From NCBI RefSeq assembly GCF_964204645.1, contig NC_134027.1, positions 18,562,560-18,626,559 of the forward strand: a stretch of 64,000 bases of DNA. The letters are read 5' to 3'. Numbering within the stretch: position 1 is the stretch's first letter; every line of letters begins with the position of its first letter. The notes under the pieces were generated by a model. The model was not told where the DNA came from and did no database searches. It saw nothing but the letters and a program-made list of their open reading frames with translations. The stretch comes from Tubulanus polymorphus (Eukaryota > Animalia > Nemertea). Position numbers and translations under genes: made by a program. Of this stretch, positions 1 through 12,359 are shown piece by piece.

Positions 1-241
1 ATGAGCGTCTTGCATGGAATACTTGGTAGATTCCGTCCCTAACAATGTCGGACAAATATTTTATCACCAAAAGTCTTAAATAAAGAAAATTATATTTCCT
101 ACGTAAGTCGGCCGTGTTGTTGATCCGTCGTTAAAAAGAAAAAATAAATCTGTTCGATTCTTTCTCCCTAGCGGGGCCTGTTGCGTGATCACGGCTTAGA
201 CTTAAGACCAGTCTAAGACCAACTTAGTTCTGTAGCCAATA

Positions 242-513
242 GCCGCGATCACACGGACACGATTTGGCCCGGGCCAAATTGGCACGGATCAGGCTAGGGC
301 CAAATTTGGCCCATGCCTAATTAGAGAGCGCGTTCACACGCAAACCATTCACTCGATACTAAACAATGCTAAAATAAAGCGAAGTGGATCATTTCCGGTG
401 TCATTTGCAATTCAAACGCAATCATCTAGTGCTAAAATTTGGCTCGGACCAGTTCCGATGTTTTTGGTCAGGCCAAATTTGGCCCGGGCCAAAAATGCTC
501 GTGTGATCGCGGC
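242..513. mobile_element. MITE with TIR GCCGCGATCACACG, TA-flanked; nested in an older palindromic MITE (~173-592)
   Basis: Perfect 14-bp TIRs and internal AAATTTGGCCCGGGCCAAA palindromes. A second copy lies at 25348-25676 in the opposite orientation. Confidence 0.85.
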
Positions 514-1023
514 TAATGTTACAATTTAAGGCCAGTCTTAAGATTCTTTAAGACTACATTTGAACTTAAGCCACAACTGTGCAGCCAGCCTCAGGTGTTC
601 CTACAACACGTGTTGTTATCAAATCCGTTGACTAGATATGTCTTGCACTTGTTCACCACGGTAAAAAAAAAACAGAATAGAAATAGAAATTAGCAATAAG
701 TAGTCAAAAATATATGATTTTATTTTACGTAATCGATTTACATATTAAAATAAATTTGATTTGCGGAAAGTTAAGAGCATTTTACATCATTAAAAAGTAG
801 ACAAATATATTTCAAAATCTATCGGCATGATTTACACAATGAAAACAGTCAAATGTGAATTCAAACATGGCCTCTAGCATGTAAACTATAAGTTATCGAA
901 TGACGTACGTATTATTCAGTTATATTACGTATATGTGTTAGGGATTAAGCGGGTATTGCCACCAAGTGAGAAGGCGCCCCTCTAGAGCAGTGAATTCCCG
1001 AAGCGTGACGATTATACATCAGT

Positions 1024-4000
1024 TTACCTCCCGAGTAAACCCATATTTCCACCGTGTCCGTTTCTTCGCCCACGCTTATCTGCGTCCATTTCCTCTGCAT
1101 ATGTACTTCTCAATTTCAATGATTTCTGAAGATTGGCGATTAATTGTTGGAACAATGCCAATCTTTCGTTTTCCAGTTCATCTAATTCCTTGTAAATGTC
1201 ACCTTTTTCTGTAATCAATTTGATAGAATACATGTAACACAACATAACGCCATTTTCTTTAAGACGTATTCGTATTATAGCTTTTGAAACATTATCTTTT
1301 CTCGTTAATTCAAACATGCGTGTGATGATGAATGCTGTACTCAAAAACCAAATAAGAAGACTTATAGTGAATAGATATTGAATTAGGGATTTATCATACA
1401 ATGTATTCAGTGTACGTATACAGAAATGAAAACGGCCTATCAAAACAAAGTGATTGATCTGTCTAGTAAAGCATTAATCATTATTCTCTCCTTCGCTCTC
1501 CCTCCGTCACCACTCCTAGTTAATCCATCTTACAAAATCAAATTACGTCTTACCAGGTCTCGAGCGTTGAGACAATTGGTCAATATTGGGATTTTCGCTC
1601 TTTCTAACATCATCTTTTTTTCCAGTGACAAATTTTTTCACCTTTTCCCAAAGGCTTTTTGCTTGAAATGTTAAAGATTTCAACACACATTCAATCTGTC
1701 ATTAAATGATTAAATTGCACAGTCATTAAACGAATTAGTGTCGTTAATAGTTAAACCCCCATTATTATAAGCTAAATGTACAAAAATGTTTATTTTACCC
1801 GTTTCTGATCTCTTCTTATCATCACTGCCCTCGTCACTTCTCTTGTCAGCTGAAATAGAATTATCTGATATCTTAGACTTGTCTTTTCAGGACTAATGGA
1901 GGACACAAGTTATAAAATCAATGATCACATAACTTTCAAAATTCGTCATATATATAAAAATTGTTTAATTACTTTTAGCGAACTGAAGCACACTAAAACT
2001 TTGCCAAAACGAAGTTAATAGCAAAATATCGGTTAAAACGAACAAGATCTAGAGTTCCAACCCACAAACTCATTATTCCTTAGTATATCACTAAGGAGAC
2101 TGCTCGCGACGGATACGTTTGCCTCGGATTATCGTATTCACCGGATAAATCGGCTAATTAGATTTTCTTTTTACTACAATTAATATGTTAATGACCCATC
2201 GTTGCTGCGACTATCTCGGTATTCGATCGCTTTGGAAGATATTGATCGGCCCCACTAGATCCGAGGCAAGCGGAGTTTCCTGTATTTCATGTCGTTTACA
2301 ACGATATTGCCGGTGTAGCAGTTCTAACGATGTTCTACTGCAATCGGATTAGCACTTTCCAAATCAATACCTGTGTGGGTGCCCAGACCTACAAACATTT
2401 GCTTCACTGGGTGTTCCTTCATTTGATACCGGCACATTTTCTACTGGTACGTTTTTATATCTATTTATGAATATTACGTACGTTGTGAATTGTTTCAATT
2501 TCTGTGAAAAACAAAGATTACTATCATAATTACATCAGTACGGCCTACATTTCAGAATTTACTTACAATCTTTATCTGATTCCAGTTCTCTTTCTACAAG
2601 GAAAAAGAAACACATACGGGAATTAACCTATCAACTTGCTTGACTGCGGACTGGCAATTTTCTTCGTGAGTCACTTCAGTGAAATAATCATTAAATTTCA
2701 AACACTACCTAATTCAACAAGTAATTCCTTCCTCAATTCCGGCTTGTCTGATTCTTTTAATTCTAGAATTAAAACAATTTATGCAATTACACATTGCACA
2801 TAAGCAAATTTTGATAGTTCATAGATTTTCATTTACCCTTCTCATCTTCTACTTTTATTGCGGTATTTCTGGAATTACCATCTCCTAAAAGTGATAAGTG
2901 GATAATTTTATTTGATATACGTGAACAGATCTTGGCTATTTGGCTTAGTAGGGCATTGATAATTTCTTTATAGATTTAACCACAAGTCAGTAAATCAGAG
3001 TAAAATAATTTTGATCAACTGCGGGAGTAGAGATCAACCAAAATTATATTCCTCTGAGTTACTAACTTGTAGAAAACTGTAAGAATATAATTCAAGATGA
3101 TCCATAATTAACTTACTTCGCTGTGTGTGTAAAGGCATTTCATTTTTTTCATCTTCAACTGTTGAATATAGAATACGACGTTACTCTTATAATTTAGATA
3201 TTGCATACATCGTTGAGCATGATGTGTAGAATATGCAAATTGCAAAATTAACCAGCATCAAGAAAATGGCTTATTAACTGTAATTAATGAGTGACTGGGC
3301 TCTGGATTGCAAATTGAAGAAGGTGTAGCACTAACCGAACTAGATTAACTAAATAAAACATATCAGGCCATCTGTCAATAATTAATCAATCGAATCAATG
3401 AACTTATACGTAGATAAACCTATGAACCCACGACTTACCAGTTCCACGTTTTAAAATTTCAGATAATCGCATCATCTCATCCTCTGAAAGTAATTTTCAA
3501 TAAGGTAGACATTATTGAACACTGATGAAATTTCTATACACATTGTACCAAAACTTTAGATTTACCGTCACTGGCATGATTCGGTTCTTTCACTGGATCA
3601 CCTTAAATTTGAAAAAAAGAATTATTTCGAAAAATATAATTGACTTTCAAAAAATAATTCTAGTTCAGCATTTTCAATATAACATGATCTACAATACATG
3701 TTTTCAACCATCATTGTACGAAATAACAGTTCGTTGACTTTTCTTTAATTAAATGTTAACCAGTATCTGAATATCTCCCAACACGTGGAGTTATACCATG
3801 ACCGTGATATTCAATGACTGGCCAAGAACCTAACGGCATATAAATGAACCTAAATCGAACTGTTACAATTTATCAACGCGAATTGATTTTCATGAACGTC
3901 ACTTTGAATGAACTCGATATCTTTCTAAGTTTCCGATCTCGCCTTGTCAATTTCTGGCAGTCTACATTGTTTCTTGTTATGATTTCACGTTAATTCATTA

Positions 4001-7000
4001 ATGTTTCAACAATGTAATAGTCTAATTTTGAATTGATTAATCATTATCATACATTCATTTTAACAGAATCAGCTTACGTCTATCAAGAAGTTGTTCGTTA
4101 AGTTTTTCAAATTCTGCTTTGAGAAGTTCTTCGGTTAATGGATCCTTGTCAGCTGCGAGGACTGTAGTCAACACTACATAAAGAATAACAACCTGTAAAA
4201 TACAAACAATTCTTTAATTTTTGAGATCTCTATATTAGCAGGCAATTCTATATTTTACATAATGACGTGTCGAATTGCAAACAGTATTCTATTCTCACTC
4301 CCTGCTGTGCGGACATACTATAGAAATATAGTTTAAAGATATGGGGAAAACCGGGATCTCCCAGCGATGGCACCAATCACTCCAAAAAGACAAGCCAAAA
4401 ACCCACACAAATACCCCACAACCCAAACCCCAACCAAAAGAGATGAACATTTATCAAAGCAGTAAACTAAAAACGTGAGATTTGAGTACATAGGTGCAAG
4501 CCCTACGTCCCCTAATCCCTTAGATACTTCGTGTAAGAGGTACAAGAGAGCGTAAGTTAAATCGGCAGCGGTTACCTGACCAGAGGGCAGGAAAAGCAAC
4601 TCATAATAGTAACCCAAAGTAATCACAATCGTTGAAAATAAAATACACACTCTGAAAAACAAATACCGTACCGTTTCCCTGGGGAACTAAAAGGGAGAAT
4701 ACTAAACTAGCCCCCGCCTCAGCCAGCATGACCATCAAAGCCATGACAACGGATACTAAGAGCCCTCTGCGAAGAGTTGAAAACAGGATGCAGTCAAAAA
4801 AGGGTACGGAATCGATACGTATGTAGATCCATCCGAAAAATACAACAAACGTTGTAGGCAAAAGAATCACAATCTTTGAAAATAGTATCAATATGGAAAT
4901 GGGGGAATACTAAACCAAGCCCAAGGCAGCAAGACCGAAGTCGTGACAAAATATACTAAGAAGGGGACGGAAAGAGAGTTGACAACAGGAGAAATCGCCG
5001 AAACAGATCAGAAAACCGAAATAACATTATCTTTAATACATGTATCTTTATTGTGCAACTCATGATTGTTCAATTACATTATCAGCTTCATACATCGATC
5101 GGGTTATCTGAGTCGATGTCTAGTAGCCTAAGCATGAAACGCTGGACAGGCTAACAGGAAGTGTTTTTCAACTTCAATCACAGAATTAACCTAAGCTCTG
5201 GTCGAGTGGGATTTATTGAATCAGATTCAGATTCAGATTTAATTTATTGCTCCAGTAATTATACAATTTTTTCGAGCACAGGATACAAAAAATAAACAAT
5301 TTACTGTTATTCAATTACGGTTACTCCAGTTACATTTATAATGTACAGTGATAGTTTCTTCTTCTATAGGTATCATTATACACGCAATTAAAACGTGTGT
5401 GCACAGTCAGCGATGGCTAGATGAGGCTATGTGCCTTTTTAATTAATACTGCTAGCTTCCTCAAGGTGTTTGGGTCTCGTGATGTAAAAAGATTCATAAA
5501 TTTTCTTAAGTTAGGGATATTTACTAGTTGTTGCGGTATGTAGCGACTTCTTAAACTTTCAAAAAATTACACTCCATTATGAAATGGTATTCGTCGCCAA
5601 TTTTTTCTAGACGTATCGGCCTCACTCCGCGCGGTTGCCCCACCGCGCGGGATTATCGCGAAGTAGCAAACACAAACATGGCCACTCCCTCAATTTCCAA
5701 TGATAGAAATCGTGTGTGCATTTCAATTATTTCGGCTGTTAGGGCTTTAAGGCACAATATAAGTCGATGATGTGATATGGCGATGTCAATTAATGATAAT
5801 TCCGCAGTGAAGCTAGTCACGAACTGTGCCGATTGAGTGTACAGCTGCCAAAAACGCTGAAATGTGCGTAGTTGCGTAACTATTTGCTGTGAATTGCAGA
5901 CGAAACATGAAGCCTTAACGGCCGTTTAAAAAAAAATTATACCAATCGCAATTGTAAAATAAAAATGAGATAGAACCTAAGTTAAAATTCTGGCCATTTC
6001 TAAAATGTTCCATTTCTAAGATCACACTACACTACCCATTACACACTCCAGTACCCACAGCTTTTATATATCCATCCAAATATATAGAGTGTCTTTCTTC
6101 CTGGGTCACATTTGGTACAGAGTCGTTCATTCCGGGGAATATTTTCATATCTTCCCGTTTCAATCGGTAGGTTATGGTTAGAACAACGGAACCGTATTGA
6201 ATTTGTCCTTAGGTCAAATGGTAATGCTAGTGAACATATTTCCCGCCCCCAATTCAGCTTAATAATTCCATAAGTATCTAGTTTTGTTGAGGCTTTAATA
6301 GTCTGGTGCCATTTCTGTTTAAATTGGTCTTGTAAACGTAATTTAACAATTTCTGACAAATAACGGCAGTTCGGGAAAGAGTGTTCGTACCAAATGTAGC
6401 CAAGACCAGAGTTTTCTAAGATCGACTGGATACAAGTTATCCATTTACTGGTCTTACCATTTACATAATTTCTTAATAGAATGCGATATATTTTACCAGA
6501 ATGAGTGTTGCTCTCTGTAATCAGGTGTCCCCAAAACTTAACCATTCTGACTTTTATTTGTATTTCAAAGGGAAGTCGTCCTAATTCTCCGTAAACCATA
6601 GCGTAGTAGGTTATTTACCTTGACTTTGGACTTGATATGTTGGTACATGTTATGAATCACTCGGAGAATGGGTCCTGTAATTCCAGTTGAAATTGATTTA
6701 TGCCGCAGTGCTTTTCTCCATATTGTGTCGAATGCTTTTTGATAATCAATAAATATACAATAAAGTTTTCGCTTATTACCAGTCAAAATGTCTATAAGAG
6801 AATGCAGTGTGAAAATATGGTCCATGATACTACGATTTTTCCGAAATCCGGCTTGATTTTCATTCAGTAATTGATTTTCCATCAAAAACTACTCTAAACG
6901 TTTATTAATCAGGCTCGTAAACAATTTGCTCATACAGCTCAGTAGGGTAATTCCTCTGTAGTTATCCGGATTGGAAGGGTCTCCCTTATTCTTATAGATC

Positions 7001-10000
7001 GGGGTGATAATACCTACTGCCCACTCTTCCGGAATGCAACCTGTTTTCAATATATTGTTAAACAACGAAACAAGGGTAGGCAGGATTTCATTTTCTGCAG
7101 TTTTGAGAAATTCGTTTAGGATTTCGTCGTTTCCAGGGGCTTTGTTATTCTTGAGGCATTTTATGCATTTGGATAGTTCCCCCTCAGTGATAAGCCTATT
7201 AAGTGCATCATCATTATGATCATGAATGAAGTCACTTACATTGAAAAAATTATGAGTATCATTTTCTCTACTATGGTTTTGGTTAATAGCGGAAAAATGG
7301 TCAAATAGATCATCTAGCGACGCTTAACATCCCTTTGGTTTTTCCTTTCGGAAATATTTCCAAAAAGCTTTCGGATCATCTTTTGCCAACTTTTCTATTT
7401 GGTCATTATGCAATTTAATTCTATTTTGTTTTGACATCTTTATCGATGCCTTATATCTCTTATATGCCGAATTCAGATTATTTCTATTTTGAACGGATCG
7501 ATACCTTTTGTAATTTCTTTTCGCTTTCCTATAGATTCTACGATCTCGTTTCACTTTATGGTCATATAACACTGTTCTTGGTTTGTAAGAGGTAACCCGG
7601 CTTCGGCCCATTGTGGCCCGTATTCAAAATGCCACATATACGCTTGTTTGCACAGGCGCTATCTATTGTACCATTTTGAAGTTCGATATTTATTTTATCT
7701 AGTTTGGTTTGGTTAATCGCCTCTCTAAAAACATGGCTTCGGCCACTGTTCCATTTAATTTTACCTGGTGTGTTAAGAATATTTTGTTCATTGGTATATA
7801 AACTTCTCGCGTGTGAAATAGAGAAGGAACACGTAACAGGGCAGTGTACGTCAGATATCATTTGGTCATAGTCATTTACATTGAAGCTCACGCATTTTGG
7901 CAACAAATAGGGAGACATAATAAAATAATCAATAACATGGTTATTTTCCCCTTTAATGCACGTGTACTCCCCAATTCCTCTATCACTACCTAATCTGCCA
8001 TTTGCAATGAACATATTGTGATTCTTACAAAAGTCCAACAATCGATAACCTCAATTATTGATAAAGGAGTCTTTGTTTTTCCTATTGAGTAAAACTTGTG
8101 TTTTCGTGTGTTTTTAATATATCAAAGTTATGACGGTCTTCCATAGACACTACATCTAGACCTATGAATTCCATGAGTGTTTCGTCATGGGGTAAATAAT
8201 CTAGTAACTGCTTTGTGTAGGCATTGAAATCCCCGCATAGACAATAGTAAGCATCGGTAGAACTCAATCGATTTAAAACGTCAGTGTCAAGTTCATCAAA
8301 TAAGTTAATATTTCCATATCTACTAGTTTCTGGGGGGATATATACTCCTCCAATTAATAAGTGTTTGTCCCACCTTATCAATTTCAATCCACTGAATGGT
8401 ATTGGTTGATTTTTGGATGGTTTTGGAGGATTCCACCGGATTTCCTTATAGCTAAGTTCGATCTGTTGTTCATAACTACTTCATAACCGACACTTCTAAA
8501 ATACCTTTTACCCACAATTCATCAGAATCATCAAGTTTGGTTTCTGAAAAAACTAAAATATCCGCTGACTTGCATAAACAATCAAACTCTACAGTATATG
8601 ATCTTGATTTCAAACCACTAATATTCAGGCATAGGATACTTATTTCTCCTGGCTCTATTCTGGAGCAGATGCTAGCGGTTAGGGTAGGTGTAATCCACTA
8701 AGCGACCTGTAGTGGGAATGTTGATAGTAGTAATATGACCGATAAATCACACAATGTGGGGACTTACGTAATCTAAAGAACACGGAATAGGAGAAGTAGA
8801 TGAATTGCTCCTGGACTAGAACGCATCTTCAGACCAACAACCCCAACCAACGATAGAGTCGGCTGCTGGAGTTGGTGCATTTGCGTATAGCCCCTTTTTG
8901 CATTGGTCGTTGTGTATTTAGAACTTAAATCATTCAACAAAAAATAAAGATTAGGCCACACAAATAAATACCCTTATTTCTCAAGAAATCAAAAACCGCC
9001 CGCGTCATGAAAATAGTCCCTAATAAAAAACAAAAAGACAAATGCGCTCGCCCGCATCGGCAATGCATCAATCGCCTTTTTAATAAACATCAAAACCCGC
9101 TCGCCCGCATAGCTGTAGTGTACGACAGTGATTTTTTCTGCGGCAGTTAATATGCTCATCCTCGACGTACGGGTAATCCACATTTACGGTGACAAAAACA
9201 ACGCCAGATTCGTTTCCTTTACTTCTTTTCGAGGAAGCGTGAAAATAGCTACTGAAAACGAACAATACATCAACACTATCCGTTCTTATTTTCTACAACG
9301 CAGCGCCTAACAAACGCATGCAGATTGATTTGACCACTGAAGTCAAAATAATTCAAAAAGTTGACAGAGGAACGAAAAAAGTGGATGTATGCAGAATGTT
9401 TAATTTGAAGGTTCGGGGCGGCTCATCGAACATAACCTCCAGCGATTAATTACCGGTAGTCTAAATTAGTCAGAACTTTCCTTGAGTTCGTTACGAAACA
9501 CTCGTTTCGACTATATGAGCATTTCAGTTCATAAGCTACGGTTTATTTTTTTCTTCAATCTTTACAACGAAGTATCGGATACAACGATATTTTCATTTTG
9601 CCCCCAGAACTTCGTTGTAACGAGGTTTGACTGTAGTACAGTCGTTCCTCGATTGGACCCTTTTTCACCAAAATCCCCAAATCATCCGGATATCAATCCA
9701 GTCGGCTCCGGCCCATACACAACAGGGCACACAGTCCTAAGCGCCACATAGCTCTCCAGCCCGCACACAGTGGACTCTGGGGCACACAGCCAAGTCGTGC
9801 ACAATACGAGAGAGCGCAGTAACAAAACCAAGCCGTAAACAACCACAACGCAGATAACACGACAGACAGCGAGGAAAACTTAAGCAAAACTGATTTTTCT
9901 CTGTCAATCAGCAGCGCCACTTAGTGAGAAGATATAAAAATTGACAGTTACATATATTCTATAGTTTGGTAAAGCGATGTTCGGTCTTAAAACAACAAGG

Positions 10001-12333
10001 CTGGATCCTTCTGATAAAGTCTTTGAAATTTCATTTTAGTCACCACAAATGGAAAACCAATAGCCCATGAGTTTTGGCGCTCTGTGGCCAATTTCTGAAT
10101 GAATTCTGGAGCGGGACAAGGTCTTCGGTTAATTGGGAGTAATGAAATTGTGCCGTTTGGTCTCGTTTTACTGTCATGGTTGTTAGTAAGAACTGCCCCA
10201 ATTATATGAGCTGATTTAACCAGCGTTGTTTTGCGACATAATTAGCGAAGTGTCATCTCAAGCCGTGGTTTTGAAATAATTCATTTTGAAAAGTCGACCA
10301 ATAGACGAAACTCATATCTTAATGGCGTGAACTAGTCCAACATCCATTTTATTACGTAGTTGGAGTCGATTATTTTCTGGGTTTACTAGGGGACGTACGT
10401 AATTGAGTAGCGTGCCCTCTACAGGGGGATGTAGGTAATTGACTAGCGTGCCCTCAAGAACCCATAAACCGGCCGCCACATCCTTCTGGAACGAAATAGG
10501 GGAGTTCACTGCAAGGACATCGTCGAAGAAATATCCTTCGACAAGCTTCTTCGACAATCGGAAGCATTCTCAAAGAAATTGAAGAAATTGATCCTGAAGT
10601 GGTGGACTACCTTTACATAAAGTGGCTGGGATCGAGGGGCTGGTCGTTTGCGTGGATAACCTATATAAGTGGCTGGGATCGTGGGGCTATTTGTTTGCGT
10701 AGGCCTAGATAGCCCCTATATAAAAGTAGCTGGGATCGAACGACTGGGTGTTTGCGAAGATTACCCTTGTACAAAATGGCTGGGATCGAAAGGACTATAT
10801 GTCGGGATGTTGGATACCGGGCGAGCGGGTTTTAATTTTTACATAACATAAGACGATTGATGCTTTGCCGATGCGCTTTTGGCTTATTAATTTTTACTAG
10901 GGACCTCTTATTACGAGGACGGCATTTGAGCTTTTTTGAGAAACTATGGTATTTCTTCGTGTGGCCTAGGAACCGGTATTGCAGATTCTCCAAATATATC
11001 ATCTGTAAACGGTTATCACTAAATAAACTAAGACACATTAAAAAATTAACATTTATTATGTGATTGTCGGATTGTCGATGGAAATGTTCTCGACATTGCT
11101 CGGTTTCTGATTGTCGGATTGTCGAAGGACATTTTTCCGACAATGCTTCTGATCGTCGAAAGAAGTTCTCCGGACATGGGACAAAAACCGCATTACGCAG
11201 GTTGTCCCTACGACCTCGGCACAATTCAACCAGAAAACGGAGTTGAACCGGCCTACTAGTGTGAAGTTGTACAACAGCTATTTCATTACTTGAAAATAAT
11301 TACGTGGCCTCCATTAAACCCATAAAACGTACGGTACGTATTTCAAGCATATTCTACGGTAGTTTGTTGTACCATACAGCAACTGCATAGACAGTGACAG
11401 TATCTCAGTTGGTACTTGACCGACACTGTATAGATCAGATACGTATTATTTTCCTGCACTTTTTATTCTCAAATACTTTTTTGTTTGATACCTATATAAT
11501 TATGATACCGGTGGCCTTCGCGGTAACAAGATATCTTCCAGTAGGTGGTGACCCGAGGTCACAACACATTCATCATATATCCATACATTCTGAAGTGATC
11601 TACATGTACTAATTTGTGTCTTGAAATGTTTTAAACTCTGAGCCATAAGACGCCCATGGGTATCCACTGGTTTTCACTCGTAATCATGATTCTGAAATGC
11701 TCCTTCCAATAATTCGAAAGGTTTGAAGTTCTGTACAAACAATTCACCACCTTGAATTCACGGATAGAATACTAATAGTTTCATACGTAGTTTCCACGTG
11801 CAAGTACAAGTCACCGTTTTGTTTTTCTTTTACTTTCCTTTCACAAATAAACAATAAACGTCTCTTTCATACTATTTCTTGCTTCCTTGAACACTCCTAA
11901 TTTGAAGAATTATTTTTCAGGACCTTGAAACTCCTCTAATTATGAGAAAATATTTGAAACCACGAAACTGTTTTCGCAAGATCAGCGAAGTTGGTGTATT
12001 CTGTCTGTCTGCGACAATGGTTCCTGGCCTACTCAAGCCAGACACATGATTTATAGAATATTTGATATTACCATGATGTAATTGATTAATCTCTTCGAAT
12101 TTTGTGATCAAATCTTCTTGAATACTTGGATAAGTCCTCAAATTCTGGAATGATTTCATTGAATGAACTCCATTGCCGTACCGATCAAAATATCAACCCT
12201 AGAAATATTGCTACGTATTTTTCCCCTCCTCTTCTCAGGCGGATTCAGCTCGTAATGTATATCTTAATGGAATAAGTAATTATTGGTTTGAATTAGTCAT
12301 ATTGAATAAACTTACCAAGTATCCAGTTTTCAT
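1024..12333 (-). CDS. Gene A: multi-microexon secreted prepropeptide (neuropeptide/granin/linear-toxin-like precursor), ~242 aa, family not recognised
   Basis: Coding exons, all bounded by AG/GT: 12333-12316 (MKTGYL, phase 0), 4192-4078, 3601-3566, 3483-3439, 3158-3117, 2884-2837, 2762-2709, 2593-2567, 1849-1799, 1661-1554, 1208-1024. They total 729 nt in one open frame. Signal peptide MKTGYLVVILYVVLTTVLAA, acidic body, RR/KR/KKR sites, C-terminus ...DKRGRRNGHGGNMGLLGR*. Candidate polyA signal (TTTATT on +) at ~719-724. The link to the distant ATG exon is inferred from phase and signal-peptide fit. Confidence 0.8.
5210..8660 (-). mobile_element. Decayed non-LTR retrotransposon ORF2 (APE endonuclease + RT + C-terminal CCHC), RTE-X-like, inside the first coding intron of gene A
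   Basis: Endonuclease motifs ISILCLNISGL, SETKL, GGVYIPP, LCGDFNA, IDYF. RT motifs NYRGITLLSC, ENQAGFRK, FIDYQKAFD. C-terminal YGELGR, RCSNHNLPIETGRY, C..C / GDEYHFIMEC. Many frameshifts. 3' end AATAAA plus a (TCTGAA)n tail at ~5210-5248. Clade assignment is tentative. Confidence 0.9.
5607..6103 (-). mobile_element. ~0.5-kb insertion splitting the LINE zinc knuckle; Helitron-like 3' end
   Basis: The LINE frame ...CTKCD (~6105) resumes as LEKIGDEYHFIMEC at 5610. On the minus strand the insert ends with hairpin CCGCGCGG-n8-CCGCGCGG about 16 nt before a terminal CTAG. Confidence 0.55.
10620..10795 (+). repeat. Four degenerate ~50-bp tandem units sharing (A/G)GCTGGGATCG
   Basis: Motif at ~10624, 10671, 10728 and 10779, each preceded by a TATAA/ATAAA-like run. 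Confidence 0.7.
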
Positions 12334-12359
12334 GTTTCTTGTCGTTAAGTGTTCAATCC

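Noticed and set aside
1426-1674. Plus-strand 82-aa ORFs at 966 and 1426, and similar short ORFs throughout the window
   Set aside because: They are antisense shadows of gene A exons or random ORFs, with no splice or domain support.
10620-10795. Regularly spaced short repeats resembling a CRISPR array
   Set aside because: The context is eukaryotic, the spacers are themselves similar to one another, and there are no cas genes. It is a degenerate tandem repeat.
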